Source of the DNA: Microcystis aeruginosa NIES-2549 | GTDB taxonomy: Bacteria; Cyanobacteriota; Cyanobacteriia; Cyanobacteriales; Microcystaceae | Direction of reading: 5' to 3' | Length of the DNA stretch: 32,000 bases | NCBI RefSeq assembly: GCF_000981785.2 | Contig: NZ_CP011304.1 | Span: forward strand, 420,001 to 452,000 | In this document: piece after piece, positions 1 through 8,171 of the stretch | Layout: the number at the start of each line of letters is the position of its first letter | Position numbering within the stretch: the stretch's first letter is position 1 | The notes under the pieces: model-generated | Told to the model about the DNA's origin: nothing | The model's input: only the letters and a program-made list of their open reading frames with translations | Databases searched by the model: none | Made by a program: the position numbers and the translations under genes

Positions 1-393
1 GTTGTAGGCAGGAAAGGCTCTATTGGAAATGTCTATTATATAGGTCTTGACTTTTGGGCGCATGATACCAGTCTTTTTGTAACAAATTTTTTTGGAAACC
101 ATGAGAGATATATTTATTATTTATTTGTTTATCTAGAATTAGAGAGATTTGGCACAAAATCAGGCTCACCATCACTTAATAGAAACGATATCCATCCATT
201 GTTAGTAAGTATTCCTAATCCAAATGAGCAAATAGAAATTGCTAGAATTATTTATAATTGCGATGAGTTGCTAACTACACTTTCAAAGGAGCTAGAGAAA
301 AACAAACTCCAAAAAACCGGACTCATGCAAGACCTACTAACTGGCAAAGTTCGAGTTACGGACCTCCTCAACCAAAAAACAGCAGCAAATTGA
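1..393 (+). CDS. hsdS: Type I restriction-modification specificity subunit HsdS, C-terminal part (5' end lies outside the window)
   Basis: Frame 1 is open from base 1 (VVGRKGSIGNVYYIGLDFWAHDTS...). It ends with the conserved HsdS C-terminal helix ...LQKTGLMQDLLTGKVRV. An hsdR gene lies downstream on the same strand. Confidence 0.85.
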   Translation, partial: VVGRKGSIGNVYYIGLDFWAHDTSLFVTNFFGNHERYIYYLFVYLELERFGTKSGSPSLNRNDIHPLLVSIPNPNEQIEIARIIYNCDELLTTLSKELEKNKLQKTGLMQDLLTGKVRVTDLLNQKTAAN

Positions 394-409
394 TTCATCG
401 GTCAAACCT

Positions 410-538
410 ATGCAACCAGAGCAAACACCCACAAATCACAAAAACTTAAACATATACCCAGACTTTGCGAAGACAATGGCGATCGCTCGGCGCGGCATCA
501 AAAAATATTGTAACGCCCTGATTGACCTCGCCAAATGA
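410..538 (+). CDS. 42-aa ORF, possible antitoxin partner of the Doc remnant (family not recognised)
   Basis: ATG at 410. Its TGA (536-538) overlaps the ATG (535-537) of the next ORF in an ATGA junction typical of TA pairs. It is too short to appear in the ORF track. Confidence 0.25.
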   Translation: MQPEQTPTNHKNLNIYPDFAKTMAIARRGIKKYCNALIDLAK

Positions 539-702
539 GAGAACCATACTGGCTCAACGAAAAGGAAATCATCGCAATTCATGGCGAAATCCTGATAAAC
601 CAAACCGCACTGATCAGGCATACACAACAGCAAGCGATGAAAAAAGGGAAAATAAGAGTTTGCCATGAAAACACCAATAACAAACATCAAACCATCCCCT
701 GA
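535..702 (+). pseudogene. Doc/Fic-family toxin, N-terminal fragment only
   Basis: MREPYWLNEKEIIAIHGEILINQ... resembles Doc N-termini. The ORF stops after 55 codons, with no Fic motif HxFx(D/N)(A/G)NKR. Its 3' end overlaps the MNT start at 665. Confidence 0.4.
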
Positions 703-991
703 GCAAATTGAGAACTTTTGCCAACGTTGGCACATTACAGAACTGTCCCTATTTGGTTCAGTATTACGCGATGATTTCCGTGTTGATAGCGACATTGATA
801 TATTAGTCACCTTTGACCCCCAATTTCAGCGCGGACTAACCGAAACATTGCAAATAAAAGAAGAACTGCAAAACCTATTTGACCGCAAAATTGACTTAAT
901 TGTGAAAGCTGCTATAGAACGTAGTGCCAACTGGTTGCGTCGTCAGAATATCCTAGAATCTGCTCAGGTTATCTATGCTAAGAGATATTGA
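665..991 (+). CDS. mntA: MNT-type nucleotidyltransferase antitoxin (HepT/MNT type VII TA system)
   Basis: Contains the Pol-beta nucleotidyltransferase motif LFGSVLRDDFRVDSDIDILV (GS...DxD). 108 aa. Overlaps the following HEPN gene by 17 nt. Confidence 0.85.
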   Translation: MKTPITNIKPSPEQIENFCQRWHITELSLFGSVLRDDFRVDSDIDILVTFDPQFQRGLTETLQIKEELQNLFDRKIDLIVKAAIERSANWLRRQNILESAQVIYAKRY

Positions 992-1328
992 ATCCCTCAT
1001 CGATATCGAACAAGCAGCCAAGCGTATCCTTCGCTTTTCGAGCGGTGTTGAGCAAATTGAGCTAATCACCAATGATGAGAAAATTTCAGCAATTCTCTAT
1101 CAGATTACAATTATAGGAGAAGCAACAAAACGACTTTCAATGGGATTTCGCCAACAACATCCAGAAATACCGTGGCGAAATCTGGCAGGGATGCGTGATA
1201 TAATTGTCCATGAATATGATCAAATTGATCTTGATATTGTTTGGGACGTAATTCAGCACGAAATTCCTCAACTATTGAAGCAAATTAAACCTATATTGAT
1301 GGACTCCAAAACTAATGAAAGCAATTAA
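975..1328 (+). CDS. hepT: HepT (DUF86, HEPN-domain) RNase toxin
   Basis: The Rx4H HEPN motif sits in AGMRDIIVHEYDQIDLDIVWDVI. 117 aa. Lies immediately after its MNT partner. Confidence 0.85.
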   Translation: MLRDIESLIDIEQAAKRILRFSSGVEQIELITNDEKISAILYQITIIGEATKRLSMGFRQQHPEIPWRNLAGMRDIIVHEYDQIDLDIVWDVIQHEIPQLLKQIKPILMDSKTNESN

Positions 1329-1497
1329 TTTTAAAACCATCCTAAAAAACGGCATAGTCACCATTCCCGCCGAATATTCTTCTGAATGGGAAGGTAAACA
1401 GATCTGCGTTATCTTGTTGGATAATGCAGAGAAGATATTACCCGTCGAAACCACTGATATCAATCCCCTCAAAGGAAGCGTGACATTTGATGAGTAG
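1315..1497 (+). CDS. Small hypothetical protein, possibly an AbrB/SpoVT-like orphan antitoxin
   Basis: 60 aa. The N-terminus MKAINFKTILKNGIVTIPAEY...KQICVILLD resembles the swapped-hairpin antitoxins common in cyanobacteria. Overlaps the hepT stop by 14 nt. No partner toxin follows. Confidence 0.3.
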   Translation: MKAINFKTILKNGIVTIPAEYSSEWEGKQICVILLDNAEKILPVETTDINPLKGSVTFDE

Positions 1498-1528
1498 AAA
1501 ACGGGTTTCTCCGAGAAACCCGTTTTCT
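1496..1528. terminator. Palindromic element copy 1 (AGAAAACGGGTTTCT-ccg-AGAAACCCGTTTTCT), hairpin resembling a bidirectional intrinsic terminator
   Basis: Perfect 15-bp inverted repeat with a 3-nt loop. It starts inside the stop codon of the 1315..1497 ORF. A GC core stem is followed by a T-run on either strand. Confidence 0.55.
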
Positions 1529-1648
1529 GTGCGTTACTCAACGGATTTAGTATTAGTACACAAAGCAGCGTTGGTTTCCAAAGATGAAAAACCTCATAAA
1601 TATAGTTATAGCGTTTCCTAAGCTAGTGAGGTACACCTATTTTTCTTC

Positions 1649-1678
1649 CCTTTTGCCTTTTGCCTCTTGCCTTTTGCC
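1649..1678. repeat. Tandem heptamer repeat CCTTTTG x4 (one CCTCTTG variant), STRR-like
   Basis: Read directly: ccttttg ccttttg cctcttg ccttttg cc. Lies about 65 nt upstream of the hsdR ATG. Confidence 0.8.
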
Positions 1679-1741
1679 TAAAACCCATAACTTTTGTACC
1701 TCAGCAGACTGAAAAACGCTATAAATAAAGGTTATCTGGTC

Positions 1742-4700
1742 ATGAACAAAACACCTCAACCTATCAAACTCGATGAGCGCAACGGGGTCGAAAAGCCCTT
1801 ACTTGACCAACTATACGGTTTAAATTGGGAAATATTGGATTTAGAGACAAAACAAAAACCACAGGATACTTTTAGAGAAAGCTTTACCGAGGTGGTGATG
1901 CTGCCAGTGCTACGAGAACAGCTTACAATCATCAACCCCTGGCTAGAAACCGACCAAATAGAAGAGGCCATCAAACAACTCACCGCCAACTTCCCCAGCA
2001 CCAACTTACTGGAAAATAACCGCCACGTCTTTAAACTGCTTCAGGAGAATACCAGCGTCTCAGAGAACCGTAAAACAGGCGAAAAAAGCCCCACCGTCAG
2101 GTTTATCGACTTTGACCACCCAACTAACAACCGCTTTATCGCCGTTTGCCAGTTTAAGGTGCGGATTCTAGGCACAGAAAACCACATCATCCCCGATATT
2201 GTCCTCTTTCTCAATGGGCTGCCAGTGGTGGTCATTGAATGTAAATCTCCCAAAGTCAAAGAACCCATTGCCGAGGCGATCGAGCAACTCCTCCGCTACA
2301 GCGAACAGCGCGGCGCTAAGGGCGAGGGAAATGTCCCCCTCTTCTTCTATAACCAGTTTGTCGTAGCTACCTGCCGCAATCAGGCAAAATTTGGCACCAT
2401 TACCACCCACACCGAAAAATACTTCTTCCGTTGGGCTGACCCCTATCCCCGCACCCTAGAAGAACTAGAACACGGTATTAGCTCCCCCAATGACCAGCAG
2501 CGACTGGTGGCGGGAATGTTTGCCCCCGATAACCTCCTAGAGATTATTCGCAACTTCACCCTTTTCTCCATCAACAACAAGGGAGAAACCATCAAAATCG
2601 TCGGGCGTTATCAGCAGTTTCGTGCCGTCAAGAAAGCCGTGGAGCGTCTCCTAGAGGGCAAAACCCCCCGGGAGCGCAGCGGCATTATCTGGCATACCCA
2701 GGGGTCAGGTAAGTCCCTTACCATGATGTTTATGGTGCGGGCCATGTACCGCCATAACAACCTTTCCCAGTGGAAAGTGGTATTTATCACCGATCGCACC
2801 CAACTAGAGCAGCAACTCGCCGAGACCGGCCAAAGTGTTGGCTTTACCGTTAAGCCCGCCAATAGCATCGCCAAACTGAAGGAACTACTTCGCAGCGACT
2901 CCTCGGATCTGGTCATGGCCATGATCCACAAATTCCAAGAGCGGGAACTGCGGGAGACCTTCCCGGAGCTAAACCGGAGCAGCAACATCCTGGTGATGAC
3001 CGATGAGGCCCACCGCTCTCAGTACAGCCTGCTGGGGACAAACCTCGACAAAGCTCTCCCCTACGCTTCCCGTATTGGCTACACCGGCACCCCCATCGAC
3101 AAAACTGAGAAAGTTTTCGGGGACTACATCGACAAGTACACCATGGGCCAGTCCATCGAGGACGGCGTGACCCTAGAAATTGTTTACACCGGGCGCACTC
3201 ATAACGCCGAGGTGTCTGATCAGACAGCTATGGATGCGGCTTTTGCCGATGTCTTCAGTGAGTACAACCTGCAAGAGCGGCTGCAGATTTTGGGCCATGG
3301 TTCGCGGGATGCCTACCTAGAAGCTCATCCCACCATCGCCGCTAAAGCCAAGGATATGGTGCAGCACTATCTCCAGTGGATTTTTCCCAACGGCTACAAG
3401 GCCCAGGTGGTGGCGACTTCCCGGGAGGCGGCGGTGCGGTACAAAGAGCATTTAGATGCTGCCCTGGCCGAGGAGATTGCCAAATTGGAGCAGGGGAATC
3501 CCCACCAGCTTAACCTCGATCGCCTGAAGCGACTTAAGACCGATGTGGTCATCTCCGGCAGTCATAACGACCTACCCCACCTCAAGCAATACAGCAACTC
3601 CACCCGCCACGATACTACTATTAAAAGCTTTAAACTGCCCTTTGACGCAAGGGATGAGGGGATTACTGGAGATGTGGGCATTGTCATCGTCAATAATATG
3701 CTACTGACTGGCTTTGATGCCCCAGTAGAGCAGGTGATGTATCTCGATAGGGTCATCCAGGCCCACAACCTGTTACAGGCGATCGCCCGTGTCAACCGAG
3801 TCGGCGGTGCGAACAAGGATAAAGGCTTTGTCGTGGACTATGTAGGCATCGGCCACCACCTGAAGCGAGCTATTGATAACTACGACGAGCGAGAGCAGCA
3901 AGAAGTCGAGGAAACCTTAAGTTTTCCCGAGGACGAGATCCGTCAACTTGAGGATGATCACCGCAAAATCCTCGCACTCTTGAAGCAACATGGACTCACC
4001 GACCTGAACGATCAAGATGCCTTTTTCGACCTCTTCTATGATGAGGATGTGCGATTCGAGTTCATGCTGGCCTTCAAGAAGCTGACCCGCAGCCTTAACT
4101 TGGTCTATCCCGCCAAGGAGGCCTTGAACTATATGAGAGACTACCAATCTCTCACCGCAGTGAATATACTAGCGGGGAAGCACTTCCGCGATGAGCGCCT
4201 GAGTATGAAGGGAATCCCACCCAAGCTGCGGGCCCTGACCGACCAGTATCTGCAATCAAGGGGAATCGACGAGAAAGTTAAACCGATCTCGATCTTGGAT
4301 AAGGACTTTGAGAGTCATGTCCAGAAACACCAGCGAGTCAAAACAAAGGCCGCCGCAATCGAACACGCTCTCCGCCACTATATCGAGATCGATCTGGTGG
4401 ACGATCCCGAACTGCAAGCCTCCTTTTCTGAAGCACTGAGAGCCATCTTCGAGGAGTTTAAAGACAATTGGGACAAGATTTACCAAGAACTGGAAAAACT
4501 GCGCCAGAAGGCGAGAGAAGCAAAAAATGAGCCTACCTACGGACTGGACAGGAAAAAGCAGCTGCCCTTCTTTCGGATGTTCAAACGGGAGTGTTTTGGA
4601 GAAGCGGCATTAACTGACGATATGGTTTCTCAGATGGTCGCTCTCACTCAACAGGTATTTACCGTTGTTGAGCAGGAGTTACAATTAACTAGCTTTTGGG

Positions 4701-4855
4701 AGAGCATTCCCGCTCGCAAGAAACTTAAGGCAGAGATTCAAAAAGTGTTACTCTCTCCCGACTTTTTCCAAATTCCTAATCTTATGGACAATCGAGAACA
4801 GATTATCTCGCGGGTGATGGAAATAGCAGAGAAAAATAACGACCGAATTTTTTAG
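1742..4855 (+). CDS. hsdR: Type I restriction endonuclease subunit R (HsdR)
   Basis: PD-(D/E)xK nuclease motif PDIVLFLNGLPVVVIECK, helicase motif I TQGSGKS and motif II TDEAHRSQ. About 1037 aa from the ATG at 1742; the track ORF starts at a TTG at 1694. Confidence 0.9.
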   Translation: MNKTPQPIKLDERNGVEKPLLDQLYGLNWEILDLETKQKPQDTFRESFTEVVMLPVLREQLTIINPWLETDQIEEAIKQLTANFPSTNLLENNRHVFKLLQENTSVSENRKTGEKSPTVRFIDFDHPTNNRFIAVCQFKVRILGTENHIIPDIVLFLNGLPVVVIECKSPKVKEPIAEAIEQLLRYSEQRGAKGEGNVPLFFYNQFVVATCRNQAKFGTITTHTEKYFFRWADPYPRTLEELEHGISSPNDQQRLVAGMFAPDNLLEIIRNFTLFSINNKGETIKIVGRYQQFRAVKKAVERLLEGKTPRERSGIIWHTQGSGKSLTMMFMVRAMYRHNNLSQWKVVFITDRTQLEQQLAETGQSVGFTVKPANSIAKLKELLRSDSSDLVMAMIHKFQERELRETFPELNRSSNILVMTDEAHRSQYSLLGTNLDKALPYASRIGYTGTPIDKTEKVFGDYIDKYTMGQSIEDGVTLEIVYTGRTHNAEVSDQTAMDAAFADVFSEYNLQERLQILGHGSRDAYLEAHPTIAAKAKDMVQHYLQWIFPNGYKAQVVATSREAAVRYKEHLDAALAEEIAKLEQGNPHQLNLDRLKRLKTDVVISGSHNDLPHLKQYSNSTRHDTTIKSFKLPFDARDEGITGDVGIVIVNNMLLTGFDAPVEQVMYLDRVIQAHNLLQAIARVNRVGGANKDKGFVVDYVGIGHHLKRAIDNYDEREQQEVEETLSFPEDEIRQLEDDHRKILALLKQHGLTDLNDQDAFFDLFYDEDVRFEFMLAFKKLTRSLNLVYPAKEALNYMRDYQSLTAVNILAGKHFRDERLSMKGIPPKLRALTDQYLQSRGIDEKVKPISILDKDFESHVQKHQRVKTKAAAIEHALRHYIEIDLVDDPELQASFSEALRAIFEEFKDNWDKIYQELEKLRQKAREAKNEPTYGLDRKKQLPFFRMFKRECFGEAALTDDMVSQMVALTQQVFTVVEQELQLTSFWESIPARKKLKAEIQKVLLSPDFFQIPNLMDNREQIISRVMEIAEKNNDRIF

Positions 4856-4887
4856 GCTGAATCGAGTAAAATTGAGCGACTTTTAAT

Positions 4888-5571
4888 ATGAAACTTGACT
4901 ATAAAATCATTTATTCTTCCAGTCGTAAGACCCTGACCATTACCGTGGAACGTGATCGCTCGATCGTGGTCAGAGCGCCTACTGGTACTCATCCCGATAA
5001 GATCCAGCAAATAGTAGAGTCACGCAAGCAGTGGCTCTATGAAAAAATTCACCACGAGCAAAAGTATCGAGTCCCACTTCATCCTCCGGGTAAGGAACTG
5101 GTTAATGGCGAGTCGCTTCTTTATTTAGGGCGCTACTATCGTTTAGAATTGGTTGATGATCAGACAGAGATAAAGTTTATTAACAATCGCTTTCGAGTAC
5201 CAAAGGCACTAACAGAGAATGGTGGCGAGATTTTTCAAGATTGGTACATTCAGAAGGCAAAAGAGAAGATACTTCCTCGTGTCAACCTTTATGCTAAAAA
5301 GCTTGGTGTCAGGTTTAATCAGGCTAAAATTACCGATAGCAAATATCGCTGGGGTTCTTGTACACCCCAAGACAATGTTAACTTTAACTGGCGATTGATC
5401 AAAGCCCCGATGTTCGTAATTGATTATGTGGTAGTTCATGAGTTAGCGCATCTGATTGAATCGAACCACACTCCACGATTTTGGCAGATTATCAGGTCGC
5501 AAATTGCTACTATGGAACAGGCAAAGCAATGGCTTAAAGAACACGGTCAGATGTTGGAACAGTCACTATAA
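4888..5571 (+). CDS. YgjP-like (DUF45/M48 family) zinc metallopeptidase
   Basis: YRWGSC...HELAHL...H signature. 227 aa. Lies directly downstream of hsdR, a recurrent position for this family. Confidence 0.8.
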   Translation: MKLDYKIIYSSSRKTLTITVERDRSIVVRAPTGTHPDKIQQIVESRKQWLYEKIHHEQKYRVPLHPPGKELVNGESLLYLGRYYRLELVDDQTEIKFINNRFRVPKALTENGGEIFQDWYIQKAKEKILPRVNLYAKKLGVRFNQAKITDSKYRWGSCTPQDNVNFNWRLIKAPMFVIDYVVVHELAHLIESNHTPRFWQIIRSQIATMEQAKQWLKEHGQMLEQSL

Positions 5572-5698
5572 TTTTGGAAAATAAACCTAATTTAAATCTG
5601 CTCGGATTAGCACCCATAGCCATTTTACCCGATTATATCGTCTCGGATTCTCCCCAAAAGGAAAACCTCATAACTCACCATTAAGATAACTGCTATAA

Positions 5699-7057
5699 TT
5701 ATCGTCCGGGGTTTGACTCGGTGTCAAAACAAGTTTCAGCTAATTTAATTAAATTGGTTCGATTAATCTTCCCCTGGGGACTTTTTGGTATCTCTGGTAA
5801 TTTTATCCAATGTTTCGGCAGTTTATAATTGACTAATTTATCCTTAATCTGGGATTGAATACTTGTCTGGTTTATCTGAGAGTTAACGGGTACATAAAAA
5901 GCCACAATTATCTGTCCCCATCGAGAATCTGGCAATCCTAAAACCACCACATCTTTAACTAAATTAGTTTGTCTAATGGCAGTTTCTACCTCAAGAGGAT
6001 AAACATTTTCTCCTCCGGTAATTATTTTTTGACTATCGCGACCAATAATATATAAATAACCACTTTCATCCAAGTAACCTAAGTCATCGGTCTCGAAGTA
6101 GCTTGCTTGATTAAGATGGGGATAATAACCTAAAAATAAAGATTTCGCTTCAATAATAATTTTCTGGTTATCGGGATTAATTTTTATCTGAGCATGGGGT
6201 AATAGCTGTCCACTACTATTATTGCCTCGTCGAAAATCTTCTGGTTTAAGGGTGACAATTTGTGAGGCAGTTTCCGTCATTCCATAGGTGGGAGATAGGG
6301 AAATATTATATTCTCTAGCTTTTTCTAATAAAGATGGCCATGCAGGGGAACCTCCTAGGAAAACTGTTTTAAAATTGGCTAACCATCGAGGATCATTTTC
6401 TAGAAAAAATTGTAATTGACTGGGGACTAAGGAGATAAAATAATCTTGAAGATTGAGATTATTTATGCGCTTTTGTTTGATTTTATGGTAAGGAATAACA
6501 GCAAAATCTCCCTCTGTTAAAAAACTTCTCAGAAACTGCATTAAACCACTAACATGATATAAAGGCAGTAGGCAAAAACAGTTAACCTGCTTGACTTGAA
6601 AATATTCAGAAAAACCTTTGACAGAAGCAGTTAAAGTTAACCAGTTATGGATAGCAAAGCGAATTTTTCCCGAGGTTCCTCCCGTGGGTATCATCAGAGA
6701 ATTAGTCAAAGGATTGACAGGAGGAGAATTATAGTTAAAAACCTTGATATTTTCGCCAAAAATATAATCGGGTTGCATCAGAGAGAAAACCTGTTGCCAT
6801 TCGTTAGTTTTCCAGTCAGGATTAGCTAAAAATAGGCAACTTTTGGTACTGACGGCAGCCAAGAATATCGCTAAGAATTTAAGGGGATTGCCTTCAGCAA
6901 GCAGTATAGTTAATCGAGGATTATCTGCGGCGATAAATTGCCGAGAATAGGACTGATATAATTGATAAAATTTCTGGCTATTGTATCCATATAACCAATC
7001 TTTTTGACTGAGATATGCTAATTGTTCGCTGATGTCGTCCACAGTTTTTCTAACCAA
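5699..7057 (-). CDS. menE: o-Succinylbenzoate-CoA ligase (phylloquinone pathway)
   Basis: AMP-binding signatures PTGGTSGKIRF and GYLYIIGRDSQKIITGGENVYPLEVE. 452 aa. Overlaps menC by 40 nt. Confidence 0.8.
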   Translation of the reverse strand: MVRKTVDDISEQLAYLSQKDWLYGYNSQKFYQLYQSYSRQFIAADNPRLTILLAEGNPLKFLAIFLAAVSTKSCLFLANPDWKTNEWQQVFSLMQPDYIFGENIKVFNYNSPPVNPLTNSLMIPTGGTSGKIRFAIHNWLTLTASVKGFSEYFQVKQVNCFCLLPLYHVSGLMQFLRSFLTEGDFAVIPYHKIKQKRINNLNLQDYFISLVPSQLQFFLENDPRWLANFKTVFLGGSPAWPSLLEKAREYNISLSPTYGMTETASQIVTLKPEDFRRGNNSSGQLLPHAQIKINPDNQKIIIEAKSLFLGYYPHLNQASYFETDDLGYLDESGYLYIIGRDSQKIITGGENVYPLEVETAIRQTNLVKDVVVLGLPDSRWGQIIVAFYVPVNSQINQTSIQSQIKDKLVNYKLPKHWIKLPEIPKSPQGKINRTNLIKLAETCFDTESNPGR

Positions 7058-7983
7058 TCGGGGTCACTATTATTAAACCATTGTTGCACACCAAAACCTA
7101 AAGCTCGCTCCTTTTTGGGGTATTCTTGTGCTAGACGTAAAGCGGATTTTCTGCCGATATTAGTTTCTAAAACCGAGGAAAATACTAAATCTAAGGGATA
7201 TTTTTTCCAGAGATTTCTTAACCCTTGTATTGAACCAGTAATAGCAGGTTTAATCACAAAAATTCCTCGCCATCCCCGTTGATAACATTCCTCTATTTGT
7301 CGAAGATTGGCCACCGATTCATCTAAAGCAATCCCTGTGGTAAAATCTTGACTTAATTGCAACATTTCTAACCATTGAGACGGAGGTAAAGGTTGTTCGA
7401 TAAATTCAATTATTTGACATTCATCGGCAATTTTTAACCAGATTTTACTCTCAGCAATACTTAATCCCCCATTGGCATCTAAACGCAATTTAATTCCCCT
7501 GGGTAATCGGTCAATTAATTTTTCAAATAAGTTTAACTCCTCTGCGAGAGAATTAACTGCAATTTTCCATTTATAAGTATTAGTTTGATTGACGGCTAAA
7601 ATATCATCCAGACAGGGAAATACTGCCGCACCGGTGGGTAATAAATAACTATAATTTCTCGGTTCTAATTCTCTTGATTTATTCTCGATACTTAAATCTT
7701 CTAAAGCTGATTCAAAGGCAAATTGACAAGCGGGAAATTGTTCGGGAATAGAAAAAATTGAAGTTATTGATAGGGGATTTTCGAGACTTTGACAGAATAA
7801 TATTGCTGCCGATAATGTTTCCGAACCAAATTCAGGTAAAGGAGCAATTTCTCCCCATCCTATACGTCCATCTTCAGCTTCTAAGCGAATAATAATTCCT
7901 TCCCTAATTTGCCAGAGTCCGTGATGGGTTTGTAGGGGATGCAGCAAAGGACGCTGATAAACACGAAATTGCCAGAAATACAT
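7018..7983 (-). CDS. menC: o-Succinylbenzoate synthase (enolase superfamily)
   Basis: 321 aa. The N-terminus ...GLWQIREGIIIRLEAEDGRIGWGEIAPLPEFGSETL and KLRLDANGG are typical of cyanobacterial MenC. Lies upstream of menE. Confidence 0.8.
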   Translation of the reverse strand: MYFWQFRVYQRPLLHPLQTHHGLWQIREGIIIRLEAEDGRIGWGEIAPLPEFGSETLSAAILFCQSLENPLSITSIFSIPEQFPACQFAFESALEDLSIENKSRELEPRNYSYLLPTGAAVFPCLDDILAVNQTNTYKWKIAVNSLAEELNLFEKLIDRLPRGIKLRLDANGGLSIAESKIWLKIADECQIIEFIEQPLPPSQWLEMLQLSQDFTTGIALDESVANLRQIEECYQRGWRGIFVIKPAITGSIQGLRNLWKKYPLDLVFSSVLETNIGRKSALRLAQEYPKKERALGFGVQQWFNNSDPDWLEKLWTTSANN

Positions 7984-8099
7984 GATTAACTATAAGTAGT
8001 AGTGAAAAGCTTAACATGAGCAGGCGTTGGGTTTCATGCTTCAAACCAACCTACGTTCTTTATAGAGTTTGTCAGCGAAACGTTTTTTTCTTAAAGTCC

Positions 8100-8143
8100 A
8101 GAAAACGGGTTTCTAAATAGTTTCTTGAAGAAACCCGTTTTCT
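8100..8143. terminator. Palindromic element copy 2 (same 15-nt arms, 14-nt loop)
   Basis: AGAAAACGGGTTTCT-aaatagtttcttga-AGAAACCCGTTTTCT. Lies 29 nt downstream of the stop of the 1406-aa gene. Confidence 0.55.
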
Positions 8144-8171
8144 AGGTGACTTAGAAGGAGAGCTTAGACAC

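Noticed and set aside
436-810. 124-aa minus-strand ORF
   Set aside because: It is antisense to the Doc remnant and the MNT gene and has no recognisable motifs. The plus-strand genes explain the region.
8020-8065. Imperfect hairpin GTTGGGTTTCATGCTTCAAACCAAC-CTAC upstream of menC
   Set aside because: It resembles the common cyanobacterial GTTGGGTTT...AAACCCAAC REP family. This is a single degenerate copy, so I did not list it as a separate feature.
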